A stretch of 64,000 nt of DNA from the NCBI GenBank assembly GCA_963813815.1, contig CAWFAD010000016.1, positions 128,001 through 192,000 on the forward strand, read 5' to 3'. Both the position numbers and the translations under genes were made by a program. The DNA is from an uncultured bacterium (lineage in GTDB: Bacteria > Krumholzibacteriota > Krumholzibacteriia > Krumholzibacteriales > Krumholzibacteriaceae). The notes below the pieces were generated by a model, which was not told where the DNA came from, ran no database searches, and saw only the letters and a list, made by a program, of their open reading frames with translations. Shown piece by piece: positions 47,718 to 56,018 of the stretch. How positions within the stretch are numbered: the first letter of the stretch is position 1; every line of letters starts with the position of its first letter.

Positions 47718-47740
47718 AGGCGACGCAATGAGAGTCTGAT

Positions 47741-48193
47741 ATGGGTTGGCTTGCCACTCCTGAGCGATTCTTGAAACCCGGGCGGGTCCGTTTCGGTTTT
47801 CTGTGTATGGCAGCTCTGGCGTTCTTTGTGACGGAGTTCGGGAGGTTCGTCTATCGGCCGTATGTGCGTCGCAATGACATCAGCGACTTTGGATTGGCTG
47901 ACAGCATTGGGAATCTTGGGGGCATAGTTGTTCAGATCTTTATTACCGTCGCTGCTATGAACTCGACGAAGAAGCAGAGTTTTCGAATCGCTTCTCTCTT
48001 GGCAGCAGGTTATGTAGTCTACGAGTTTCTGCAGCCGGCGCTGCCCAAAGGGGTCTTTGATTGGAAGGATGTGTACGGCACGCTGCTCGGTCTGGGCCTA
48101 TCGTTTGCAATTCTATGGATCATATGGCGGATATTCCCGGAGGGGGGAAACGAACCAAACAACAGCGAGCCGAGCCGTCGCATGAGTGTCTAA
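47741..48193 (+). CDS. Cassette 9: membrane protein (YEFLQ...FDWKD motif)
   Basis: Hydrophobic helices; stop in attC. Confidence 0.75.
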   Translation: MGWLATPERFLKPGRVRFGFLCMAALAFFVTEFGRFVYRPYVRRNDISDFGLADSIGNLGGIVVQIFITVAAMNSTKKQSFRIASLLAAGYVVYEFLQPALPKGVFDWKDVYGTLLGLGLSFAILWIIWRIFPEGGNEPNNSEPSRRMSV

Positions 48194-48284
48194 CTCTGCG
48201 TGCACCTGACGGCCGCCGCTCGATTGGGAGCAGCCGCTTGAGACATCGGCGTTGCGGCGTCCGCAGCTGACACTTGCGTTGGGC
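48188..48284 (+). repeat. attC site
   Basis: GTCTAAC...GCAGCTGACACTTGCGTTGGGC. Confidence 0.9.
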
Positions 48285-48311
48285 GGGCGGTTTTTCGGGA
48301 GGAAGCATGCC

Positions 48312-48752
48312 ATGAGACGCTATATCGTAATCCTCTTTTGTCTTCTCGGCGTTCTATCCGCTGCTGCGCTGGGTCAAAGCAACGTACCGGTTCCCATTCT
48401 CCCAGACAGTCTTCGCTGGATGAGTCCACCGAGCGTTTCTGGGTTACAGATGGCATGGGTGCTAGGAGCTGAGCAGAAGCCCGGGGCATACATTCTTCGA
48501 GTCAAGCTTGAAGGTGGTGCGAAAATACAGCCACACGCACATCCTGATGAGCGCAACACCACCGTGTTGGCCGGTGTCCTCTATGTCGGGTTCGGCGAGA
48601 TCTTCGACGAGGCGAAGGTTGCGGCCATTCCAGTCGGAGCGGTATACGTCGCTCCCGCCAATGTTGCTCATTATGTTTGGGCCAAGGATGGCGTGGTCAT
48701 GTTTCAGGAAGCAGGCATGGCTCCGACTGGAACGGTGTTCATAAAGCGGTAG
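48312..48752 (+). CDS. Cassette 10a: secreted cupin-domain protein
   Basis: PHAHPDER...VLAG...PANVAHY cupin motif. Confidence 0.85.
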   Translation: MRRYIVILFCLLGVLSAAALGQSNVPVPILPDSLRWMSPPSVSGLQMAWVLGAEQKPGAYILRVKLEGGAKIQPHAHPDERNTTVLAGVLYVGFGEIFDEAKVAAIPVGAVYVAPANVAHYVWAKDGVVMFQEAGMAPTGTVFIKR

Positions 48753-48784
48753 GGCGATAGGCCACATGTAGCAGGAGGTGGAAC

Positions 48785-49252
48785 ATGAGAACCGGCTTGT
48801 ATTTCGTGGTGCTCGGTTGCCTATTCGCAGTTGTGAGCTGCTCAAGAAGCGTTGATCTTGAGAAATCGAAGCAGGAGGTTGGAGCTGTACTGGATCAATA
48901 CAACCAAAGCGTTGTGCGGGAGGACATGGAGGAGTACGCCAAGCACGTTTTCCACGATCCTGAAATGGTGAACTTTGGAGCGTTCGGCGCCCCGATTGTT
49001 GGATGGGAGGCGCTTCGCGGAGTAATTGAAGCTCAGAATGCTGGCCTTGATTCTATCGGGATTGATCAGAGCCAGGTGAAGATACACGTGCTGCCAGGGG
49101 GAATGAATGCCTGGGCCACTTCGCTCTGGCGATTCAGAGCAAAGGCTGGGCAGAATGCCCTTGATGTGCCTGTCCGATGCACGTGGGTTTTGGAGAAGCG
49201 CGAAGGCACTTGGCTGGTGGTTCATTTTCATAAGTCGATTACCGCTGGCTGA
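48785..49252 (+). CDS. Cassette 10b: SnoaL/NTF2-like lipoprotein
   Basis: Lipobox VVSC; RCTWVLEKREGTWLVVHFHKS. Confidence 0.85.
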   Translation: MRTGLYFVVLGCLFAVVSCSRSVDLEKSKQEVGAVLDQYNQSVVREDMEEYAKHVFHDPEMVNFGAFGAPIVGWEALRGVIEAQNAGLDSIGIDQSQVKIHVLPGGMNAWATSLWRFRAKAGQNALDVPVRCTWVLEKREGTWLVVHFHKSITAG

Positions 49253-49276
49253 GACGAATTCGCGACGTGCGCCTCG

Positions 49277-49339
49277 GCCCAACTTGCGGCGCACCTGGCA
49301 GTCCGATTCGCGGCCCGCAGGTGAGCGCCGGCGTGAGGC
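49277..49339 (+). repeat. Short attC site with mutated R' box (GTGAGGC)
   Basis: GCCCAAC...GCGCACCTG / CAGGTGAGCGC...GTGAGGC. Confidence 0.8.
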
Positions 49340-49358
49340 CGTCGAAGGATTGATAATC

Positions 49359-50114
49359 ATGGACACATGGAAGTTCTACGACATCACTCACCGAGAACAG
49401 GTGATATGCAATCCAATAAGCGAGGAAAAACTGACGCGTCTCGTGGAGCTTCTGCGCCTCCCGACTAACGCGCAGGTGGTTGACATTGCGTGTGGTAAGG
49501 GCGAGTTCTTGATTCGCTTGGCGGAAGCCTATGGCGCTCGTGGCATGGGCATCGACATTTCTCCTTTCTTCATCGCCGATGCAGAGAGAAGGCTCAAGGC
49601 GCGGGCACCGAGTGCTGGCATCACCTTCACTCAGATGAATGGTGGGGATTTCAAGCCAGACGAGCCGCACAGCTTAGATCTGGCGTCATGTATCGGTGCC
49701 AGTTGGATCTTCGGGGGGCATGCTAATACTCTCGAAGCTCTGATCAGCATGGTGAGGCCCGGCGGCTGGGTGATCGTGGGAGAGCCATACTGGCAGCAGG
49801 AGCCGTCAGGGGATTACCTAGAGGCATCCGGGTGCGCGCGAGAGGACTTCGGGAGCCACTCCTCGAATGCAGAAGCCGGAGAGCAGCGAGGAATGGAGCT
49901 CGTTCACACCATCGTGAGCAGCAAGGACGACTGGGACAGGTATGAGGGCCTCCAATGGTTAGCGACAGCCGAGTACGCTCGCACCCATCCAGATGATCCG
50001 GACTTGGCGGAGGTGGTTGAGCGCGTGAGCAAGTCGAGGGCGGCATACCTGCGTTGGGGGCGCGACACGCTTGGTTGGGCGATCTACGTGTTCAGATCGC
50101 GCTCTGCGGCCTAA
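49359..50114 (+). CDS. Cassette 11: class I SAM-dependent methyltransferase
   Basis: VVDIACGKG, GIDIS, CIGASWIFGG and RPGG; stop in attC. Confidence 0.9.
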   Translation: MDTWKFYDITHREQVICNPISEEKLTRLVELLRLPTNAQVVDIACGKGEFLIRLAEAYGARGMGIDISPFFIADAERRLKARAPSAGITFTQMNGGDFKPDEPHSLDLASCIGASWIFGGHANTLEALISMVRPGGWVIVGEPYWQQEPSGDYLEASGCAREDFGSHSSNAEAGEQRGMELVHTIVSSKDDWDRYEGLQWLATAEYARTHPDDPDLAEVVERVSKSRAAYLRWGRDTLGWAIYVFRSRSAA

Positions 50115-50193
50115 CAAACGGATGAACGCGAGCCGGAACAGGCCGGCCCGGCTCGCTTCGCTCGGTCACGTTTACTGCCGGCCGCGTTATCTG
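50109..50193 (+). repeat. Truncated attC site (R' box missing)
   Basis: GCCTAAC-AAACGGATGAACGCG...CGCGTTATCTG with no GTTRRRY after it. Confidence 0.7.
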
Positions 50194-50202
50194 AGAATTC
50201 CC

Positions 50203-50240
50203 TTGCACACAACGACGGCGTTGCGTACAATGTATTACAG
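50203..50240 (+). promoter_or_regulatory. Promoter and operator of TA cassette 12
   Basis: TTGCAC-N17-TACAAT; TGTATTACA palindrome. Confidence 0.7.
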
Positions 50241-50261
50241 GACAAGCAAGGGGGTGCGAGC

Positions 50262-50480
50262 TTGAGTACGCCAATATCCATTAGAATTCCTGATGGCCTT
50301 GCCAGCCAGCTTGACGGCATTGCCCGGGAAACCGACAGGCCGAGATCCTATATCGTTCAAAAAGCCCTCGAATCCTATCTCGAGGATTATGCGGATCTTC
50401 AGATTGCTCTCGATCGGCTGCATGACGGCAGCGATGAGGTGATCACGGGCAAAGAGCTGAGGAAGAAGCTTGGCCTATAA
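50262..50480 (+). CDS. Cassette 12: RHH (RelB-like) antitoxin
   Basis: ISIRIPD...LDGIARETDRPRSYIVQKALESYLED. Confidence 0.88.
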   Translation: MSTPISIRIPDGLASQLDGIARETDRPRSYIVQKALESYLEDYADLQIALDRLHDGSDEVITGKELRKKLGL

Positions 50481-50730
50481 AATCGTGTACAAGAAATCGG
50501 TCGCGCGGGATTTGTCGAATCTCGACAAAGCGGCGGCGCGCCGAATTCTCAATCGACTGGAGAAAGATCTGGCCCAGAAACCGGATTCTTATCCTGCGTT
50601 GAAGGGCAAGTTCGCTGGATTGCGAAAGTACCGCATAGGGGAATACCGCGTCATTTTTGCTATACTAGCGGCCGAGGTCCAGGTTCTCAGAATTGGACAT
50701 AGGCGGGACATTTATAAGCAGGAAATCTAA
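50470..50730 (+). CDS. relE: Cassette 12: RelE-family toxin
   Basis: LKGKFAGLRKYRIGEYRVIF...IGHRRDIYK; stop in attC. Confidence 0.9.
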   Translation: MAYKIVYKKSVARDLSNLDKAAARRILNRLEKDLAQKPDSYPALKGKFAGLRKYRIGEYRVIFAILAAEVQVLRIGHRRDIYKQEI

Positions 50731-50829
50731 CATTTCATGCGACTGACGGCCGCTGCCGTCACGCCGTTTGCAGAGCAACCGGCGCGCCGGCCCGCCGGAC
50801 GCGGGCCGCATCTGACGCTTGTGTTAGAC
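50725..50829 (+). repeat. attC site (slightly shortened member of the 112-bp family)
   Basis: ATCTAAC...GTTAGAC. Confidence 0.88.
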
Positions 50830-50845
50830 GCCTTTTCGAGTAGGT

Positions 50846-51310
50846 GTGATGGTGACGAAAATCGAAGACAGCGTCATCATTGATGCCCCAGTGGAAGCAG
50901 TATTCGGCTATGCGTCTGACTGGGGCCGTTGGCCGGAATGGTTTGAGGGCCTATCGGACGTCCGATCGACGTCGGAAATAGGGCGAGGCACCGGCGCACG
51001 GTACGCCTACCGAGTCAGAGTGTTGGGTTTTCCGGTGAGCGTTGAGACGGAGCTTCGGGACTTCGTAGAGGGTCGGGGCTGGACCGGCGTCGGGACTCGC
51101 GGGCTGCCTCACCAAACGCAGTGGAGGTTCGAAGCGCAAGGGGACTCGACGAAGTTCACGTACAGGCTGGAGTACCGCTTGCCCCCCGTATTGCTTGGCG
51201 CCATGCTCGACGCTCTCTTCGCGAAACGCGAGTGGCTTGGAATTATTCGAAGATCTCTTTTGAATCTCCGAGAGCACTTCTCCCGGGCTGCATCGCGGGG
51301 CTGCATATGA
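50846..51310 (+). CDS. SRPBCC/polyketide cyclase-family protein (cassette 13)
   Basis: IDAPVEAVFGYASDWGRWPEW. Confidence 0.85.
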   Translation: MMVTKIEDSVIIDAPVEAVFGYASDWGRWPEWFEGLSDVRSTSEIGRGTGARYAYRVRVLGFPVSVETELRDFVEGRGWTGVGTRGLPHQTQWRFEAQGDSTKFTYRLEYRLPPVLLGAMLDALFAKREWLGIIRRSLLNLREHFSRAASRGCI

Positions 51311-51323
51311 TATATTGTGCGAA

Positions 51324-51358
51324 GCCGACTCTCCCTGCAGCCGACGCCGGCGTCGGCC
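51324..51358 (+). repeat. Collapsed attC remnant
   Basis: GCCGACTCTCCCTGCAGCCGACGCCGGCGTCGGCC reads as a left arm joined directly to a right arm. Confidence 0.5.
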
Positions 51359-51383
51359 GGAAACACCATGAAATGAGATTGCC

Positions 51384-51923
51384 ATGACGACGCAAAAGAT
51401 CGTAATCAGAGACGAGACAAAGGACGATGTTGCCGTCATCACCGAGGTGACCGTCGCAGCCTTCGACACCTTGGAGATCAGCGGCCACACGGAGCAGTTC
51501 ATCATCGAGGCGCTGCGTTCCGCGGGGGCCCTGACCGTATCGTTGGTCGCGGAAGTGGATGGCCGCGTTGTGGGGCATATTGCGTTTTCGCCCGTGGCCA
51601 TTTCGGACGGCGCCGAAGATTGGTATGGGCTCGGCCCGGTTTCGGTGCTGCCGAAATACCAGCGCGGAGGGATTGGCAAAGCCTTGATACAGGAAGGGCT
51701 GTCACGGTTGAGGAAGCTGAATGCCAAAGGCTGCTGTCTCGTGGGACATCCGCAATACTACAGGAAATTCGGATTCGAAAATGTCGCCGGGCTCGTCGTC
51801 GAGGGTGTTCCGCAAGAGGTGTTCTTCGCTCTTTCGTTCGACGGGCGCTTTCCGCGGGGCGACGTCATGTTTCATGAAGGATTCAAGGCAAATGGGCCGC
51901 AAGGCGCCTCGCCTGACGGCTGA
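51384..51923 (+). CDS. GNAT N-acetyltransferase (YhbS-like)
   Basis: VVGHIAFSPV, LGPVSVLPKYQRGGIG and VGHPQYYRKFGF. Confidence 0.92.
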   Translation: MTTQKIVIRDETKDDVAVITEVTVAAFDTLEISGHTEQFIIEALRSAGALTVSLVAEVDGRVVGHIAFSPVAISDGAEDWYGLGPVSVLPKYQRGGIGKALIQEGLSRLRKLNAKGCCLVGHPQYYRKFGFENVAGLVVEGVPQEVFFALSFDGRFPRGDVMFHEGFKANGPQGASPDG

Positions 51924-51973
51924 ACGCCGCGGCCGATGCCGGCGCTCCGCGGGCAAGCTGTGAAAGGGACGCG

Positions 51974-52345
51974 ATGAGCCTCATTGGGAACATACTGTGG
52001 GTCGTCCTCGGGGGAGGGATATTCCTGTTCCTCGAGTATCTTCTCGGCGGGGCCGTCCTCTGCATAACGATCGTCGGGATACCCTTCGGCGTCCAGGCCA
52101 TCAAGCTGTCCTTTCTGGCGCTTCTTCCGTTTGGCAAAAAGATCGCGCACACCAAGGCGAGCCACGGATTCTTGTCCACCGTCATGAACATCCTCTGGTT
52201 GCTCTGCGGGGGGATCCTCATCTCCGCCACGCATCTGATATTCGGAATTCTATGCGCGATCACGATCATTGGGATTCCATTCGCGAAGCAGCATATGAAG
52301 CTTGCGTCACTGGCGCTGACGCCGTTTGGGCATTCATATGATTGA
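51974..52345 (+). CDS. YccF-domain membrane protein
   Basis: Duplicated NILW...ITIxGIPF...LxPFG. Confidence 0.9.
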   Translation: MSLIGNILWVVLGGGIFLFLEYLLGGAVLCITIVGIPFGVQAIKLSFLALLPFGKKIAHTKASHGFLSTVMNILWLLCGGILISATHLIFGILCAITIIGIPFAKQHMKLASLALTPFGHSYD

Positions 52346-52378
52346 GGCTCCAGCCATTGAAAGGAAGCAGCGAGCATC

Positions 52379-52831
52379 ATGGATAAGCGCAAGCTCGTGG
52401 GAATGATTGGGTGCGCCGCGTTGCTCTTGGGCGTATTCGCGCCCATCGTGAAGGCGCCGATTATCGGAAGCATGAATTACTTCAACAACGGCAAGGGTGA
52501 CGGCGTCATAATCATTGCTCTCGCCGTTGTCTCCTTCATCTTCCTGCTGACGCAATTCTACAAGGGCCTATGGATCACCGGACTCGGAGCGTTGGCCTTT
52601 ACGCTCGGCGCTCTCATCAAGCTCCAGAGAAAGCTCGGCGAGATGAAGAGCGACCTGCGCGTCGAGCTCGAAGACAATCCCTTCAAGGACCTGGCGGACT
52701 TGGCGGCGGATTCCGTGCAGATGCAATGGGGGTGGGCCCTCCTCATCATCGGAGCCGCGATGATCGTGGCCGCGGCTTCCATGAAGGGCCCATCGGGCGA
52801 TTCGGCGCCCCGGGAAAAAGCGTTGCCATGA
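52379..52831 (+). CDS. Hypothetical membrane protein
   Basis: GVFAP, GDGVII and QWGWALL hydrophobic segments. Confidence 0.7.
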   Translation: MDKRKLVGMIGCAALLLGVFAPIVKAPIIGSMNYFNNGKGDGVIIIALAVVSFIFLLTQFYKGLWITGLGALAFTLGALIKLQRKLGEMKSDLRVELEDNPFKDLADLAADSVQMQWGWALLIIGAAMIVAAASMKGPSGDSAPREKALP

Positions 52832-53346
52832 ATTGCCCGACGTCACCGGACGTGGCCCAGAAGCTCGTGGACGCGTGGAACGCGAGAAACCTGGATGAAT
52901 TCATCGGGCTCCTGACGCCTGACGTCGAGTGGTATGATCCCGCCATGCCGGAGCCTCCTGCCCGCGGACGGGCAGCCGTGAGGGCCTTCGCGGAAAGCGT
53001 TCTTCGGGCGTTCCCCGATTTCACCTATGAGATCCAGCCACCCATGTGCACCTCTCCCGATGGCAGCCGGTGCGCGATTGTATGGCGTATCTCCGCATCG
53101 CATCTTCATGCGCTCGAGCCTCCGGGATACGCTCCGACCGGCCGGCGAGCGAACGTCGAGGGGGTTGACGTTCTGGACATTCGCGACGGTCGAGTCGCTC
53201 GGATACTCACCGCCTTCGATGTGCTCTCCGCCGCGGAGCAGCTTCTGGGGATGAAGCTGCGGCCGGCGCCGGGCACGTGGCGAGGAAGTATAGCCGTCGC
53301 GGTTCAGCGCGCGCTGGCGCGGGCGAGGCAAAAAAGAGCGAAGTGA
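52828..53346 (+). CDS. SnoaL-like ester cyclase
   Basis: DAWNARNLDE, RAFPDF and PTGRRANVEGVD. Confidence 0.85.
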   Translation: MNCPTSPDVAQKLVDAWNARNLDEFIGLLTPDVEWYDPAMPEPPARGRAAVRAFAESVLRAFPDFTYEIQPPMCTSPDGSRCAIVWRISASHLHALEPPGYAPTGRRANVEGVDVLDIRDGRVARILTAFDVLSAAEQLLGMKLRPAPGTWRGSIAVAVQRALARARQKRAK

Positions 53347-53405
53347 CGCCGGCGAGATGGCCGGCCGGCCCGCGGCGGCGAAGGATTTAAAGAGAGGAGG
53401 GCGTC

Positions 53406-53828
53406 ATGACATTTCGCGCGCTTCTTGTCGTCAAGGCCCTGGTTTGCCTGCTGTTCGGCGTGTTTCTTCTCGCCGCTCCGGGCGCGCTCTTCGGGCTCCT
53501 CGGCGGAACCCTGAACGCGGGGGGTAGCTTCGCGGCCCGGGAATACGGCGCCGCGATGATCGGCACGCTGTTTCTGACGTGGCTCGCGAAGGATGTCGTC
53601 GCGTCCGGGGCCCGGCGCGCGATTCTCCTCGATCTTCTCGTGTACGACGGCATCGGCGTGGCCATCACGGTCGCGGCGATCCTCTCGGGGACTCTGAATG
53701 TGCTTGGCTGGGGCATCGTGGTCGTGTATCTGTTGTTCACGGCGTGGTCGGGTTTCTTGCTCCTTGCGGGCAAGACGGCGGACGCGGCCGCATCTGACGC
53801 CGGCGGTAACCAGAGGAGGGTTCAATGA
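53406..53828 (+). CDS. 4-TM membrane protein whose C-terminal tail is encoded by an attC remnant
   Basis: GAGGAGG RBS; hydrophobic helices. Confidence 0.75.
   Translation: MTFRALLVVKALVCLLFGVFLLAAPGALFGLLGGTLNAGGSFAAREYGAAMIGTLFLTWLAKDVVASGARRAILLDLLVYDGIGVAITVAAILSGTLNVLGWGIVVVYLLFTAWSGFLLLAGKTADAAASDAGGNQRRVQ
53777..53811 (+). repeat. attC right-arm remnant
   Basis: 29/35 identical to 44131-44165. Confidence 0.7.
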
Positions 53829-54196
53829 TTGGATCGAGCCGTTGGTCGCGCATTCTCGTGATAGCCGGGCTCGTCGTCATGCTGATCGGAGCCATCGATC
53901 CGCTCGAGGGGGCGTTCGTCATCCTGCCCGGCGCCGGCATGGTCGCCTTCGGAGCGATGCTCGGCAAGAGCCGATACCGAAAGTTGCTCTACTGGGCCTT
54001 TGCGCTGGTGGCGGTCGGTATCGGGGCGATGATGGGAATGAGCGCCATCGGAGGCCTCGGTGGCGAGACGGGGCGCTCGATGTGGTGGGCGCTCATCCTT
54101 TTGCCCTACCCGATCGGTTGGGTAATGGGGATCGTCGGCGCCATCCGCAGGCTGCGCGAGGCGCCGGCGGCTTCGCCGCCGGCCGAGACCCAATGA
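53825..54196 (+). CDS. Membrane protein
   Basis: GAIDPLEG...LPYPIGW; RBS. Confidence 0.75.
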   Translation: MIGSSRWSRILVIAGLVVMLIGAIDPLEGAFVILPGAGMVAFGAMLGKSRYRKLLYWAFALVAVGIGAMMGMSAIGGLGGETGRSMWWALILLPYPIGWVMGIVGAIRRLREAPAASPPAETQ

Positions 54197-54249
54197 TCCG
54201 CGGGACCAAAGCGTTCGTGGCGATTCCGGGGACTCACAAAGGCGGGATT

Positions 54250-54657
54250 ATGAAGGCGATGTCGGTGATCTGCGTTTCGATCGCGATTCTCATTGCTGCG
54301 TCGTGCGCGTATGCGGCGGATGTATCCATTCAGGGTTTGCCGCCGGTGGTGGTAAAGACGATCCCCGAATCCGGCGCCGTGGGAGTCGATCCCGGACTCG
54401 CGGAGATCAAGGTGACGTTCAGCAAGGCGATGCGCGACAAGAGTTGGTCGTGCGTGACGCTGTCGAAGGAAACGTTTCCCGCGATCGCCGGAGAACCGAG
54501 GTATGAGGGGGACAAGCGCACGCTGACCCTGCCGGTAAAGCTCGAGCCCGGGAAAACGTACGCAATCATGATCAACAGCGAGAAGCACAAGAATTTCAAG
54601 GACACCGCGGGGAACGCGGCGATGCCCTATCTCCTTATTTTCGAGACGAGAAAATGA
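54250..54657 (+). CDS. Secreted Ig-like (Big_5-type) domain protein
   Basis: PPVVVKTIPESG...IKVTFSKAM...LEPGKTY...FKDTAGN. Confidence 0.75.
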   Translation: MKAMSVICVSIAILIAASCAYAADVSIQGLPPVVVKTIPESGAVGVDPGLAEIKVTFSKAMRDKSWSCVTLSKETFPAIAGEPRYEGDKRTLTLPVKLEPGKTYAIMINSEKHKNFKDTAGNAAMPYLLIFETRK

Positions 54658-54685
54658 GAAGAGGATATGCGCTCGGGAGTTTCGT

Positions 54686-55171
54686 ATGATGGCTCCAAAG
54701 CGGGGCGGGCCGGCGGGAATGTGGGCCTGGCTTCTGCCCGCGGCGTACGCGGCGCACGTCGTCGAAGAAGCCTTCGGCGGACGGGGGTTCATGGAGTGGA
54801 TGGCTTCCGTCGGCGGCGTCCGGTTGTCGCTCGCGGCGTTCATCGGCTTGAACCTCGTCGGTGCGGGCATGCTGTGTCTGGCCGCGTGGGCGTCCCGGAG
54901 ATCGAGCGCCGGGCGATGGCTTCTCGCGAGCGGGGCCGCGGTCGTTTTTGTCAACGGCTTTTGGCACAGCGCGATATGCATGGCGGTGCGATCGTATATT
55001 CCGGGCGTATGGACCGGGATATTCCTCTATATTCCATTGGGGGGATTCTTGCTGATTCGGTTGCGGCAGCTCGTTTCGCTGCGGCCCTTCATGGCCTCGA
55101 TAGGCGCCGGGATACTGATCCATGAAGTGACGCTGTGGATCGTGCTGCGGACGCCCTATTTTCGACGATGA
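54686..55171 (+). CDS. HXXEE-domain membrane protein
   Basis: HVVEE motif; NGFWH; YIPG. Confidence 0.8.
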   Translation: MMAPKRGGPAGMWAWLLPAAYAAHVVEEAFGGRGFMEWMASVGGVRLSLAAFIGLNLVGAGMLCLAAWASRRSSAGRWLLASGAAVVFVNGFWHSAICMAVRSYIPGVWTGIFLYIPLGGFLLIRLRQLVSLRPFMASIGAGILIHEVTLWIVLRTPYFRR

Positions 55172-55536
55172 AATCGAAACGGGACATAAAGAGAGAGTAC
55201 CTGGAGCGCAAGAAACCGGCCGGCGTTTTTCAGGTGAAGAACTCCGCGAACGGCAAGGTGCTGCTCGGCAGCAGCCTGAACATCGAGGGCTCGCTCAACA
55301 GCCAAAGGTTCATGCTGTCGAGCGGGCAGCATCGCAACGCGACGCTTCAAAAGGAATGGAATGAATACGGCGCGGATGCGTTCGTCTTCGAAATTCTCGA
55401 AGTGGTAAACGCGAAGGACGATCCCAACTTCAACCTGAGCGACGAGCTGACCCTGCTCGAGCAGATTTGGCTCGAAAAGACGCGGCCCTTCGGCGAGCGG
55501 GGGTACAACAAGGATTCGAACATTCGTCTGGCGTGA
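55168..55536 (+). CDS. GIY-YIG-like domain protein
   Basis: GVFQVKNSANGKVLLGSS...LQKEWNEYG...FEILE. Confidence 0.8.
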   Translation: MKSKRDIKREYLERKKPAGVFQVKNSANGKVLLGSSLNIEGSLNSQRFMLSSGQHRNATLQKEWNEYGADAFVFEILEVVNAKDDPNFNLSDELTLLEQIWLEKTRPFGERGYNKDSNIRLA

Positions 55537-55603
55537 CACGGGAAATCCCGTCGCGCTGCGGCGCGCGCACGGGGGATTGTTCCTCCGGAAGGAGACGACT
55601 CGA

Positions 55604-55993
55604 ATGGCCATTCGCGTCGTGCGGCTCGGAAGCCCGAGAGCGCCCGGCGAGGGCCTGCGCTTGGGAACCGTGCGCCGTCCCCCGCGCGGGGTGCCCAAGG
55701 CCGAGCATGCGTCGCGCGATTTCTACGACGTGTGGTTGCCGGATCTTGCGCCGTCGGAGAACCTGCTCAAGGAAGCGCTAGGCGTTTCCGGCGAGCGGGA
55801 ATGGCGCTCCTTCACGAGGCGATACCGCGCCGAGATGAAGCGGCCCGAGGCCGCGCGGCTTCTCGCGCTCCTCGCCGCCCTCTCCCACCGGACCGATTTC
55901 TCGGTGGGATGTTACTGCGCCGACGAAGAGCGCTGCCACCGTTCGGTGCTGAGAGCGTTGCTGCTGGAACAAGGGGCGAACGTCATACGATAG
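55604..55993 (+). CDS. DUF488-family protein
   Basis: VRRPPRGV, LAPS and CYC...CHRSVL. Confidence 0.85.
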   Translation: MAIRVVRLGSPRAPGEGLRLGTVRRPPRGVPKAEHASRDFYDVWLPDLAPSENLLKEALGVSGEREWRSFTRRYRAEMKRPEAARLLALLAALSHRTDFSVGCYCADEERCHRSVLRALLLEQGANVIR

Positions 55994-56018
55994 CCGTCCT
56001 CGGGAATAGGAGGTCAAG

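Larger units (their letters stand above)
43560..50829 (+). mobile_element. Integron gene-cassette array without integrase in the window (CALIN), 12 attC sites
   Basis: Co-oriented small ORFs, each unit followed by an RYYYAAC...GTTRRRY imperfect palindrome; lower GC; two TA cassettes. Confidence 0.92.

Noticed and set aside
44054..50829. Repeats as a CRISPR array
   Set aside because: Repeats are 63-113 bp, separated by whole genes, and there are no cas genes; the attC architecture fits better.
55168..55536. GIY-YIG gene as a homing endonuclease or the array's mobiliser
   Set aside because: Small stand-alone domain with no intron context; it is not a recombinase.
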